Virus record (IMG/VR): IMGVR_UViG_3300029566_000004
Strand: one strand, 5' to 3'
Source: a virus
DNA: 64,000 nt
In this document: in pieces, positions 9,185-20,533 of the stretch
How the letters are laid out: the number at the start of each line of letters is the position of its first letter
Numbering within the stretch: the stretch's first letter is position 1
Translations under genes and position numbers: made by a program
Notes under the pieces: model-generated
The model's input: the letters and a program-made list of their open reading frames with translations, nothing else
Database searches by the model: none
Told to the model about the DNA's origin: nothing

Positions 9185-10393
9185 ATGGCATATGATGCTA
9201 ATGATTTGGTTATAAAATAGATTCAAGCATCAAATGGTTTGCATGAATTAGATGCAAAATATTTTGATGGTCATAAGTGGTCAGATGTAACAGAATTGGT
9301 AGAAGCGGGTTTTGAAGCTACCATTATGACAACTCTTCCCACGATTACTAGTGAAAATTATAATACATATCGTAATACCTTAGCTTTAAAGGCAGACGAA
9401 AATGCTGAAGCTGGTACGTATTTGGAATATATTGTAGTTAAAGAGGGTAGTACTCAAACTCCCACTTATACTTGGGAACAAATTGGTAGTACAAAAACTA
9501 ATTTTACAATTCCAACAGAACCGTCAATTACTTTAACTGTTAGCACAGCTTCTACTACAGTCCATACTACTAATAATGGTAGTCAAACCGCTACTGGAAA
9601 TGCAAGTATTGTATATGATAAAGCAACCAGTATTGGCTCTGCGGGTGGAGCTACTGCTACTGTTGAAATTACAGTTGACAAGTTAGCGCCTACTATCACT
9701 GAGAGTACTGGCGGAGCCAATATAAAGAATACGAGTTAGCTGGCAGCATCAACAGTTGATACTACTGAAGATGGCAGTCATACCCATTCTGTTACCACTA
9801 CTGCGCATAGTCATACAGTTTATTTAAGTTCCAGTTCTAAAACTGTTGTTACTAATGTAACTAAAACTGGTGCAGCTGGTGCTCATACACATAGCATATC
9901 AGTTAGTAGTTCTAGCACTCCTGTTATAATTTCCGCAAGCGTTAATAATAATATCCTAAGTTTTGGCACAGCTAACGTCATTTCTTCTATTAATGCAGCT
10001 AGCGCAACTGGAGAAGCCGGTGGTCATACTCATAGTATTACTCCTATTACTGCAACCATCAATCATATTACAGGTGCCACTTTAGCTGCTAGTGCTCCTA
10101 ATGGAACTGCAACCTCTGCCGGCACTCATAGTCATAATGTTACGATTGCAGCTCATAGTCATACTTATGTTGAGCTTAAAGCGCATACTCACGCTATTGC
10201 TACTATCAGTGCAACATATAGCGGCGATGCTACAATTAGTGAACATAGTCATACTATTAATTATACTACTACAACTGTTACTGGTACTGCTAGTGTTGCG
10301 GTTGCAAGTCATACTCATAGTGTTGTTATACCTGCGCATACTCATACCGTAACCGTACCTGCTCATAATCATAGTACAGCTGCTGGTTTATAA
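9185..10393 (+). CDS. receptor-binding tail fibre with at least 10 HxH motifs (2 in-frame TAG)
   Basis: ATG 9185; TAG at 9218 and 9737. The frame stays open to TAA 10391. Repeats are SHTHS, AHSHT, GHTHS, THSHN, AHTHA, EHSHT, AHNHS. Confidence 0.7.
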
Positions 10394-10461
10394 AAAATTA
10401 TTTAATGAAGGGAGAGGATTTAATCCTCTCTCTTTAATTAATTTAAAGGAGATAAAGGTGT

Positions 10462-11616
10462 ATGAATTATAAGATTTGTATTTATGCAATTTGTAAAAAT
10501 GAAAAAGAATGGATTAATCGGTGGATAGATAATATGTCTGAAGCTGATTATATCGTTGTTTTAGATACAGGTTCAACCGATGGATCTTATGAAATGTTAA
10601 AAGAAGATTCTCGTATAACTCGTGTTGAATAGAAAATCATTAATCCTTGGCGTTTTGATGTAGCACGCAATGAATCAATGAAATTGGTTCCAGAAGATAC
10701 CGATATTTTTGTTTGTACTGACTTTGATGAAGTGTTTGAATAGGGATGGGCGCAAGTATTACGTGATAATTGGCAACCTGAAGATACAAGATGCTATTAT
10801 ACATATGCATGGTCACATAATGCTTTAGGTGAGCCTCAAGATGTATTTAAATATGATAAAATTCATGCAAAAAATTATCATTGGGTATTTCCAGTGCATG
10901 AAGTATTAGTTCCAAACGATTTAAGTAAACCAGAAGTTGCTTTAGACGCAGGCGAACATATTTATTTACATCATTTATAGGATATAAGTAAACCGCGCGC
11001 CTATTATTTTGATTTGCTTAAAATTGGCGTAGAAGAAAATCCTGCTAATTCGCATTGTTAGATGCTATTAGCGCGGGAATATTTACTTAAGCAAGAATAT
11101 GATAATGCGCTTGAAGCTTATGAAAAATGTTTACAATACGCTGATATTTATGAGCCTAACAAAAAAATGGTTTTATGTGAGACATATGGAAGATTAGGTG
11201 ATTTATATTATTGGCATAAGCACAACTTGAGCGAATCTGTTAAATATTTTAATAAATGGATTGAAGTTGACCGCACGTATCGTGAACCTTATTTTTGTTT
11301 GGCTGATATATATAATAATCAGGAACTTTATCCCTTAGCAATTGGATTAGTTACTACTGGATTAATCGTTGGTCAGCGTCATTATGATTGGGTTGAGCGC
11401 AAGGATAATTGGATTGCTAAAGGCGAAGAACTTTTATGCTATTCTTATTTAGGTTTAAAAGATTATTCTAATGCAATTGTACATGGTAAATTAGCATTAG
11501 CACATGACCCAAACAATGTAACGCTTTTACAAAAATATACAATGGCTCTTGAGGGTTCGATTGCAGGAATGACGCAATCAAATAATAATAGTAACGAATC
11601 ATTGCAAAAACTTTGA
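10462..11616 (+). CDS. family-2 glycosyltransferase fused to a TPR-like region (4 in-frame TAG)
   Basis: N-terminus ICIYAICKNE...VVLDTGSTDGS...CTDFDE (GT2 DxD); TAG at 10630, 10741, 10978, 11059; same frame as track ORF 11062-11616. Confidence 0.75.
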
Positions 11617-11667
11617 AAATGATGGATGCGGGCGAGGATCGTTAAAATAAAAAAGGAGGATGATTGA

Positions 11668-13662
11668 ATGAATGAAATTTCGAAAATAATTATTCCAGGA
11701 AATACTGTTCCTTATGACTTACGTGATGATTATGCGCGCGAAAGAATTAATAATAGCCATTTATTTATTGTTAGTCCGTTAACGACGAGTATAATAAATA
11801 TATATACTTTATTAGGACGGGTGGTAGAACCTTATGAAGGATTAATGCTACATATTTTATGCACAAATAATAATAACGACTCGATTACCCCCACATCTAT
11901 TCGATTAGCAGCGAACGAATTACCAATTGAAATTGAGTATTCTAATTTTATTCGCCGCCGCCCAATAAATGGTGGGATTTACAGTTTTGTTTTACATTAT
12001 ATACCCGAAGAAGAGACGACTCCTGCGCATTGGAATTTTTATCCGATAGATGACACATTAAAATCAAAAGGTGTTGAAATTATTGAGTATACTACCGAAG
12101 CCGATGCAGCTCATGCACAAGTAAAAAAAGCATTGAGTCAAAATATATTACCAGTTGTGCACTATATTGATACAAATGCTGACAATTATGAATATTGGCT
12201 ACCATTATATGAATATGCTACTGATAAAACTAGTTTTATTTTTTCAGCATCTACGGCATATACTTCCAGTGAAGATATTTCGTTATCTTATATTAGAATA
12301 AATTTAGACTCTACGACCTGGGCTATTGATAACTGTGGAACTAATACGGTTAATATTCCCACAATGGCTTAGGCAAAAGGATTATTTTATGGGACTTGCT
12401 AGACCAGCAATGCCACAGCTGCAAAGACTGTTACAGGAGTTGCTGATTGGCCAGAGGCTTTTTTTGCCGGTTAGACAATTTTAATCAAATTTCAACATGG
12501 TAATAATGTTAAAGAAAATCTTACTTTAAGTATAAATGGATCAACTCCAGCTCCAATAGTAGCTTATGATGGTGTTAGCCCTGCGACGATATGGGCAGCT
12601 GGCTCAATTTTATTATTTATTTATAGTGGTACGGATTGGCGTTTAGTCGATGGTCATAATAATGTTAAAATTTTAGGTGATTTAGGTATGGGGTATGGCT
12701 CTTGTGCCAATGCATTAGAAGCAACTGCTAAAAATGCATCTATTCAAGATTATGTATTAACAACTGGAAGTCTTGTAGCAATTAGATTTACATATAGCGT
12801 ACCTGCTGGTTCTACTTTAAATATTTCTGGCACTGGCGCAAAAGCAATTTATTATAAAGGTGCGCCTATTCAATCTAATATAATTAAAAATAATGATACT
12901 GCGCTATTTGTTTATACTGGTTCCGTATATGAATTATTGACTACTACTTCAAAAAATTTATTGCCATTAACAACAAGTACTGATTATATTGTATGTACTA
13001 CATCTGCTAATAATAGTATTAAAATAGCAACATTAAGTGGATTTACATTACCAACTGCAGCAAACCCCTCTGGACATAGATTTGCGGTTAATTTTAAGAA
13101 TTCAGTGCCCGCTAACGCACAATTAAATATTTCTAGCACTGGAGCTAGACACATTATTTGTAATAATGCAAATATTAGCGCAAATACTATTCAAGCTAAT
13201 GATGTTGTCATATTAGAATCTTCTTGGAATGCTTCGTTGGCTACAGCTCAATATATTGTGCGTGCGATTGATCGCAATAATATACGACATGTTTATGAGA
13301 ATTCAATACGTATACGCAATACTACTATAAACAATGCTAACGGACATATCTACGAGTCACCGACAGATATTAAAGGGTACTGGAGTGCCACAACATCAAC
13401 AGGTAGTACGACAGCTACCAATCCTACAATATGTTTATATAATAATACAAATGGTTTCACAAATATTGCACCTGACATGGTACATTAGATAATAGGATCG
13501 GCATATATAGAAATTGGCTCGCGAAAACATATAACTCCTATTATTTTAGATCAAATTGATGTATCACGCACTGCTTTTTTACAGGCTCATTTGGCGAATT
13601 TTTCAGCGCCCGCTAATAGCACTCCTACTTACTATTTGCAAATAATATGTCCTAAAAAATGA
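11668..13662 (+). CDS. large tail fibre/receptor-binding protein (4 in-frame TAG)
   Basis: Track ORFs 11668-12372 and 12688-13488 share one frame. It is joined through TAG 12370, 12400, 12472 and 13486 and ends at TGA 13660. Repeated YG(T/S)C...TGAK.I modules. Confidence 0.65.
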
Positions 13663-13673
13663 GGTGATTAATT

Positions 13674-14555
13674 ATGGCAAAATATTATCCTGAAAATTTT
13701 ATTAAATGGGCTTTAACACATGTTAAACGCTCCACTATTCCTTCAGATGCAAAATTACCATTACCTATTGCAAAATGTGGTACTGAACCTTGGAATTATT
13801 TATTTGGCAGTGTTCGTGTAATGACAACTCAAGCGACTATTGACTATTATTTTAACAATCATTATAAAAATAAAATGACACGTATTGAATATAATGCAAT
13901 TACTGATGCTTGGAGTCGTACAGGTTACGCGACTGATTGTCAAGGTCTCTTGGATGCCTGGATGACTCATGAGATGAACAACAAGACGGATATCAATGCC
14001 CAGATGAATTATGCAAACTGGTGCACAGATAAGGGATCAATTGCAAGCATAAATCGTCCATATGTCATTGGAGAAGCTGTTTTCATGTATTCAGCTAGAT
14101 CTAAAAAAATGACACATATCGGATGGATTTGTGGATTTCGCGCAAATGGTGAACCTCTTGTCGTTGAGGCACGGGGCATTGCGTATGGCGTAGTTGTAAC
14201 TGAATTGTCAAAACGCAATTGGACTCATCGCGGTTTAATGACTGCAAAATTTGATTATACTAAACATCAGGAGGAACCTAAACCTATGTCTACAATTAAA
14301 TTTGAAAAAACAAATCCAATGAAAATTGGAGCACCTTATTTAGCCATGCAAAAAGCCTTAAACGCAGCTGGTTATACAGACGCTACTGGTAAAGTATTAG
14401 TAGAAGATGGAAAATGGGGTACTAAATCTTAGCAAGCATTTGAGAAATTGATTAATGCACATATTACAATTCCTGAACCAGAAAAAGTAAATCGTATTAC
14501 TACATTTTTTTCTCCAGATGGCAAATATAAGTTCTCTGTTATTTTAGAGAAATAA
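13674..14555 (+). CDS. endolysin: NlpC/P60-like peptidase plus PG-binding-like C-terminus (1 in-frame TAG)
   Basis: Cys motif TDCQGLL and His in MTHIGWI. After TAG 14430 the frame continues (QAFEKLINAH...) to TAA 14553. Confidence 0.65.
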
Positions 14556-14593
14556 ATTTAATAATAAAAATAAGAAAGGAAAGGAAGAATAAT

Positions 14594-15367
14594 ATGTCTT
14601 CAAGTCCAATTATTTTAACTACTACAAATTTTAGCACTTTATTTAGTGAAATTTATAGTGTAGTACATCCCGGCACAGGAGAAAATAATAATAATATTGG
14701 CAAAGTTTTATAGGTGGGTAATGATGGTAAAGTTACTTTTACTAATGATATTGTTACTAGTACTGGTTTAAACGCTTTAGAAGCGCGTGTTACGAATAAT
14801 GAAACGGCTTTAGCCAATAAAGTTACTTTAGATGATATAACAACCGCACTTAATACAGCTCGTCCAGTAACCAATAGTGCAAGTGCAAAATTGCAAACTG
14901 CAATTCTTAATCAAGCCGATGTAGCCATTGCTGCATAGTTAAATACTGGCGCTATTGGCGCAGCTATAATTTCAGCAACAACAAATATGGTAACTACAAG
15001 TGATGTTACAACAGCTATTAGTAATGCTAAAAAAGAACTATCTGCTGTTAAGGCTAATAGCGATTTAGCAAATGTATTAGGTTTTGCTAAAGGTAATAAT
15101 ACTAATCTTATAGCTCCTGACGGTACAGCATTAAATAAAACTAGTGTAACTACTATTAAAGAATATATTGATGTTAATGATGCTGAATTATCTACAAAAA
15201 TAGGTAGCGCACCAAATAGTACTGTTGCATTAAATACATTAAAAGCTAATTTAGGTATTACAACTAGTGGTGATATTAATATTTGGCAAGCTATTGAAGC
15301 AATTTCCAATAAAATCGGTAATACAGTTACTGTTAGACCTTCCGATTTAGGCATATCTACTACATAA
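14594..15367 (+). CDS. late-module protein, Ala/Thr/Asn-rich (2 in-frame TAG)
   Basis: ATG 14594 with RBS; TAG 14711 and 14936 join track ORFs 14714-14938 and 14987-15367 in one frame. Confidence 0.6.
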
Positions 15368-15383
15368 AATTAATAAAAAAAAT

Positions 15384-15420
15384 AAGGGGAACCGAATATT
15401 TGGTTCCCCTTATTTTTTTT
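15384..15420. terminator. bidirectional terminator between convergent genes
   Basis: AAGGGGAACC-GAATATTT-GGTTCCCCTT with A/T runs on both sides. Confidence 0.7.
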
Positions 15421-15434
15421 ATATTTTTTTAGTT

Positions 15435-16964
15435 TTATTTAATTCGTGTATACATTTCTCCGTCGAGAACATCAAGCATAAGCTCAAACGCAGTTTTACC
15501 TTTCATAATCTGCTCAAATAGTACAGGACTGAAGCCGCTAACGAAGGTGATACCATCTTTTACAGTCATAGGAATATTATTCTGACGAGCTTGCACATTC
15601 CAAAAGATGAGATTAGGCATCTTTAGACCCCATGCACGCCATTTATCAGCAATATGTTCCATGAGAGCACCACTATTATTATCACTCCATAGACGCGCAG
15701 CATCAAATTCCATATCTGAGATGATGATTATATTCTGAGGAATATCTTCCTTCTTCACATCAGGACGAAGTGCTATTTTAAGAAGAAGATCAAAAGTAGC
15801 TTCAATATCAGTGTTTTCACAAAGATTAGTACGGTAAATACGTGCAACCTTATCACAGAAGTCAACACCTTCAGTAGCTATCCACTGAGGACGACTAGAG
15901 AAGCTAATGTAATGTCCTGCAAAAGGTCCTTTGTTGTGTTCGGCGCAATAAAGACCAAGAGAAATAGCAACATTAATAGGTGCAGATGCCTCACTGCCCC
16001 TCATAGAACCAGAAGTATCAACAACTGCAATGCCATTAAAGGTTGCGCCTTTAAAGTAATCAGTCAAATTCTCCCAATATTTATTAACTGCCAGACGATT
16101 TATATCATCAAGAGCAGGCTCAAAGTCACTACCAAAGTCACTACACCAACCTAAACTTTTCCGCATAACATTTGTGGCGGCTGCAACGCATTCATAAGGA
16201 TGAAGCGCCTTAGCATTAACCTTAGTTTTAGTATCCTTCATGAAGTCTTCATAAGTGGTTTTGCCGATTTTCTGACGTTCAATATCGTGACGAGCAAAAG
16301 CATTGCGATAAATCATACCGGCGCGAGAAGGAATTTTGTCAAATTCAATTTCATTCCAACGTTTTGCAGACATCAGTCTTTCAAGAACACGAATACGTTC
16401 ACGAAGGCTAGAAAGTGCTTTACGATACTCACGAGAAGTAAGATTAAACTTTTGGCGAGTAAGGGTTGCAAGCTGACGGCTCTCATGGCTAGAAGTATTT
16501 TCAGATTTAAGCCATTTAGCAAGCAAAGAGGGGGTCTTGCTCTTAAGATCAAGAACAAGCTGTTGCTTCATCAGGTAGAACATCTTATCCTCAACAGGAG
16601 TTCCTACAAGAGCATAAAGATCGTCCCAGCGACCATAAAAAGGAATGTTCTCAAGATTACGAATTACATCTTCAGGATGATTTTTTGCAAGCCAGTTAAG
16701 GACAACGCGGAAGTAACGACGCTCACCCTGGCCACCGCGTACGGAGCGCAAATAAAAAAGGCACTTAAGCGCACGAAGCGCATCTTCTTCATAAGCCTTC
16801 TTAAAGAGCAGAATGCAATCTGCGTTGGAGCGGGTACGGTACGCGCCACCGAGTGCAAACATATCAAGTAGACCGCTCATAGTAGACTTGTGAGTCAGAG
16901 CACCATTCTCGGTAACAGCATAGTTGTTCGCGTTATTCATTACGTTCATAAAAGTATTAGCCAT
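15435..16964 (-). CDS. helical-domain plus vWA protein (DUF2828-like, Ro60/TROVE-like architecture)
   Basis: 509 aa; N-terminus TENGALTHKST..LLDMFA.GGA.R; C-terminal MIDAS VVDTSGSM. The family name comes from memory of similar phage proteins. Confidence 0.6.
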   Translation of the reverse strand: MANTFMNVMNNANNYAVTENGALTHKSTMSGLLDMFALGGAYRTRSNADCILLFKKAYEEDALRALKCLFYLRSVRGGQGERRYFRVVLNWLAKNHPEDVIRNLENIPFYGRWDDLYALVGTPVEDKMFYLMKQQLVLDLKSKTPSLLAKWLKSENTSSHESRQLATLTRQKFNLTSREYRKALSSLRERIRVLERLMSAKRWNEIEFDKIPSRAGMIYRNAFARHDIERQKIGKTTYEDFMKDTKTKVNAKALHPYECVAAATNVMRKSLGWCSDFGSDFEPALDDINRLAVNKYWENLTDYFKGATFNGIAVVDTSGSMRGSEASAPINVAISLGLYCAEHNKGPFAGHYISFSSRPQWIATEGVDFCDKVARIYRTNLCENTDIEATFDLLLKIALRPDVKKEDIPQNIIIISDMEFDAARLWSDNNSGALMEHIADKWRAWGLKMPNLIFWNVQARQNNIPMTVKDGITFVSGFSPVLFEQIMKGKTAFELMLDVLDGEMYTRIK

Positions 16965-17042
16965 TTTTAATTCTCCTTTATTTTTTTGATGTTCTCTTGG
17001 ACAAGAGAATTTTTATTTTTGAACTTTTTAATTTACATATAT

Positions 17043-17071
17043 ATTATATCATAATTTTTTTACTTTTTCAA
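17043..17071 (-). promoter_or_regulatory. class-1 promoter TTGAAA-N17-TATAAT
   Basis: Minus strand: TTGAAA 17071-17066, TATAAT 17048-17043; overlaps the stop of the upstream gene. Confidence 0.6.
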
Positions 17072-18276
17072 AAAAGTAATTTATGCAACTTTATTGAATT
17101 TCGAGTATAGCCATCAGATACATAAACTCTCTCAGCCGCTACTTCTTTATATTCATCTATGTGTTCATATTCATTGAGATGCGTTAAAACTAGGCTCGTA
17201 GTAACTGGATAGTCAGACTTTTTGCTCTCAGAGGCTATTCTAGTCGCAAATTCTTTATAGTCTAAAATACCATAACGTAGCGTATCCTGGAACATATTCG
17301 GAACATTTGTTCTATCCCACATGAAGAAGTTAATATCTTTTTTCTCGCACTCTGTATCAAAACGACCGGCACCATGACGAGTCATATATGTTCTTGAAAC
17401 GTAGTAAGTATTAATATAGCCGGTAAAATAACATTCTTTGAGAATTTCATTGATGTTATATAAACCAGTATGGCTAGGTGTAAGATGCGGATAATATTCC
17501 ATATTATCCTGGTCTAACAGCAAGCCCTGACCATTCTCAAAAATGACATCATCATATGAGTGTAAAAAGTCTGGACTGTCTACCAAAGCGCACTTTTTCA
17601 TCATGAATTCAAAATCTGAAATGTAATTCTGAATTGCAATTTCAGATTCTAGCGCTTTCTCTAATTCTATCGGCATTTTATGAATTTTTGTCTGGTCAAT
17701 ACGCTTTTCAGTATAATACTTCTTTAGCGATTTAAGATAGTCATATTTACCCAGATAAGACAAAGCCGCAAATTCACCGATAGAAATCCCATAGGGACTA
17801 ATGACTTCCTGCTGAAAAACGAATTCTTTATCTCTATAGCGGCATATGGTTTCATAAATACCTAAACCGCACGAGCCATGTTTTGCTACGCCGCGTTCAA
17901 TTTCTCGAGCCTGATTAATAATCATATCATAAAAGGTAGTAAATTTACACCTTTTATCAATATAAATCTTCGGGCGATTGAATAGTTTAGGCATTAACTT
18001 TTCATACTCTTCTTTGAATATCATTGGGTTACAAATGAAAGATTTGGCAATATAAGTAGATGCGCCCACAAAAGTACCCGCACCAATATGGCGAAAGATA
18101 TGTTCTCTGCCTTCTGGAGTAGTCACAGTATGTGCACGCTGAGGTCCACCATTGTGCAATACAACTATAGCGTTGTCACTTTTGGAAGCTAACCAATCGG
18201 TGACTAGTCCTTTACCTTCATCACCAAAGTTTGCTCCAATAACTGCGGATACCTTAAATTTATAAACTTCAAACAT
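17068..18276 (-). CDS. divergent adenylosuccinate synthetase family protein (PurA/PurZ-like)
   Basis: P-loop GANFGDEGKG, GGPQRAHT, GSCGLGI, FENGQGLLLD, RHGAGRF align with PurA motifs; the C-terminal TTGRRRR-type motif is not recognisable. Confidence 0.7.
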   Translation of the reverse strand: MFEVYKFKVSAVIGANFGDEGKGLVTDWLASKSDNAIVVLHNGGPQRAHTVTTPEGREHIFRHIGAGTFVGASTYIAKSFICNPMIFKEEYEKLMPKLFNRPKIYIDKRCKFTTFYDMIINQAREIERGVAKHGSCGLGIYETICRYRDKEFVFQQEVISPYGISIGEFAALSYLGKYDYLKSLKKYYTEKRIDQTKIHKMPIELEKALESEIAIQNYISDFEFMMKKCALVDSPDFLHSYDDVIFENGQGLLLDQDNMEYYPHLTPSHTGLYNINEILKECYFTGYINTYYVSRTYMTRHGAGRFDTECEKKDINFFMWDRTNVPNMFQDTLRYGILDYKEFATRIASESKKSDYPVTTSLVLTHLNEYEHIDEYKEVAAERVYVSDGYTRNSIKLHKLLF

Positions 18277-18296
18277 ACCTTTCACCTTTCTGTCAA

Positions 18297-19214
18297 TTAA
18301 AATTCAATCAATCCAGTAGAATTCGAATGCTCATATCCGCCATTTTTGGCTAAATCTTTCAGAGCATCTTTTACTATTAGCTGTACAGTACCGTCCCAAC
18401 TATTAATTACATCAACTGCACTTTTACCGCTATGCAACTCCAAAATTGAGACAATAATCTCAGGAATTTTGTCGATAGCTTCAACCACTATCGCATTATT
18501 GCCAAGAAGCTGTTTCCATTCATTATATACAGGCTGATAGATTACAGGATTAACAATGAGGTGATAAACCTCATATTTACGAGATACTTCAGTAAGAAGT
18601 TCAGTAGCACTCAAGTCACGCTCAACATCGTCACCGAGAAACTCTTTAATCTGTGCTTTAGTCAATTTAGGCAAGCAGCACTCATCGCCAACAGTAAACA
18701 GGAAACCTTTCTTGTGATGCTTATCCCATGCGTCAGTCTTACACCTACGAGAAGCTACATACCAAGGGAATGCATAACTTTCGCCGCCGTTACCACCGCC
18801 ACCGCGCTCAAAGTAAATATCATTGAGTTGCTCAGCGATACGAATATCAGACTCAAACTGCGTCACCTGGATAGGAGAAGAGTCGCATTCGCCATCGCCG
18901 AAAGCCATGAAGCACACCTGCGGGTCGGATACAGGATTGCGTTTATAGATTTCGCTCATAGTATCGCCAAGACGCTTACTGACCGTCTCAAGTACAGAAC
19001 TCATAGAGCCAGTTACGTCAAGAGCAAGCACGATAGGAGTAGAGTTAGGGTGTTCTGCACTATCACAACTCTCTCTGAATTTAAACTGTGTGGGATCAAA
19101 CGCATCCTTCATTCTACGCGCAGTATACATTTCACTTGCAGAACTGGAAGCTGTATAGCCCTTAGATATCGTGTAATTTGTCCAACTTGAGGACGTCCAA
19201 CTACCATAACCCAT
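18297..19214 (-). CDS. vWA domain protein
   Basis: MIDAS-like LALDVTGSMSS, about 300 aa. Confidence 0.65.
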   Translation of the reverse strand: MGYGSWTSSSWTNYTISKGYTASSSASEMYTARRMKDAFDPTQFKFRESCDSAEHPNSTPIVLALDVTGSMSSVLETVSKRLGDTMSEIYKRNPVSDPQVCFMAFGDGECDSSPIQVTQFESDIRIAEQLNDIYFERGGGGNGGESYAFPWYVASRRCKTDAWDKHHKKGFLFTVGDECCLPKLTKAQIKEFLGDDVERDLSATELLTEVSRKYEVYHLIVNPVIYQPVYNEWKQLLGNNAIVVEAIDKIPEIIVSILELHSGKSAVDVINSWDGTVQLIVKDALKDLAKNGGYEHSNSTGLIEF

Positions 19215-19217
19215 ACA

Positions 19218-20219
19218 TCATTCCTCCTTTGGATAGATTTCATTTTCTTTGGGTTCAAGTTTTATAAATTTGCGTTCACCATATGCTGTCTTTAAAGCTT
19301 CATCCCATTTACTCCACTCTTCGATCGGGTCTTCACTGGAGCCACTCATATAGAAATCAGTCATAGCCTTCGGGCAGTCAGTATCTAAAGTGCGAAGCAT
19401 TAATTTGACACTTTCTATATCTGTTAAATAGTTTGAAACTTTATCGGCTTTTACTTTTGGAGGCATAACCGCATATATATCAGAAGTAGTACCAATCATG
19501 GGCTCGCCTTCTTTTGCAGCAAACCACCAGCCACCGTAGATGCTAATTGCATGATACTTACAACTTATAAAACAGTTATCAATATCAATGCCATTAACTG
19601 TATAGCCTTCGTGATTAATGAAAGTAATATTCTGCATTAATCGACTCGTTATCCAAGCCAAATGGCGACCTGGTACTTTATTATGCCAATAATTCTCAAT
19701 AAGTGCACGCAACGGATACATATCTTCATTTTTCTGGATTGAAATAATATATTTATCACCAGACGTATAGTAATGAATATCTTGTGGAATTATTACATCA
19801 AAAATTTCTTTTTTCATTTTCGCGTCGGAACAATTCCAAGAAGCAAAAATATGCCGGAAATTCTCATAAAATCTTTTGTGAGCTGCATCGAATATGTAAA
19901 TAAGTCTTGTTTTACTTACATAATATTCGCATATGTCAAGAATACGATGATATTTATATCTGATTCTTAAGGTAGAGCCATTGTCTAACTTAAATGACAT
20001 TATTCCTTTCTCATGCCAAGAGCCATTTGCTAAAGCAGCTAAAGCTTCATCTTTTAACTCAGTTAAACGACGAAAGGCTACTTCGGCATTAGCATCTTTG
20101 TTGATATCAGGATGGACTTTTTTCGCATAAGCGCGATATTGCGCTTCAATCTCATTTTTGTCATGCGAAAATAAGTCACCATATGTGCAGGTCAAAATTT
20201 TATTAAGAAGTTCCGGCAT
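19218..20219 (-). CDS. J-domain (DnaJ-like) protein
   Basis: YRAYAKKVHPDINKD with the HPD motif. Start trimmed to ATG 20219 (RBS AAGGAG) because the longer ORF runs into tRNA-Ile. Confidence 0.7.
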   Translation of the reverse strand: MPELLNKILTCTYGDLFSHDKNEIEAQYRAYAKKVHPDINKDANAEVAFRRLTELKDEALAALANGSWHEKGIMSFKLDNGSTLRIRYKYHRILDICEYYVSKTRLIYIFDAAHKRFYENFRHIFASWNCSDAKMKKEIFDVIIPQDIHYYTSGDKYIISIQKNEDMYPLRALIENYWHNKVPGRHLAWITSRLMQNITFINHEGYTVNGIDIDNCFISCKYHAISIYGGWWFAAKEGEPMIGTTSDIYAVMPPKVKADKVSNYLTDIESVKLMLRTLDTDCPKAMTDFYMSGSSEDPIEEWSKWDEALKTAYGERKFIKLEPKENEIYPKEE

Positions 20220-20237
20220 ATAATTCTCCTTATATAA

Positions 20238-20314
20238 TGGTGCTGGTGGGTGGACTCGAACCACCGACATTCACCTTATCAGAGTGACGCTCTAACCAAC
20301 TGAACTACACCAGC
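20238..20314 (-). tRNA. tRNA-Ile(GAU)
   Basis: Hand-folded cloverleaf, loop CUGAUAA, T-loop GGUUCGAGUCC, encoded CCA. Confidence 0.85.
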
Positions 20315-20318
20315 GAAT

Positions 20319-20395
20319 TGGCACTCCGGAGAGGACTTGAACCCCCAACACCTTGATCCGTAGTCAAGAGCTCTTTCCAATTGAGCTACCGGAGT
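20319..20395 (-). tRNA. tRNA-Arg(ACG)
   Basis: Cloverleaf, loop CUACGGA, encoded CCA. Confidence 0.85.
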
Positions 20396-20533
20396 AAAAA
20401 AAATAAGGTGAAATAGCAGGCACAGGAAAAGTGGAAGTGAAAACCGTGTCAATAAACTATTTCACCTTAAAAATTACAAGACTCATTAAAAATAATATCC
20501 ATATTTCTATAAAATTGCTGTTTGAGTCTTAAT

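Noticed and set aside
17068-18276. Confident call of PurZ and a 2-aminoadenine (Z) genome
   Set aside because: The P-loop retains GDEGKG as in PurA, whereas my recollection is that PurZ alters it. No MazZ-like gene or Z-specific polymerase is visible in the window. It is reported only as a PurA/PurZ-family enzyme to be tested.
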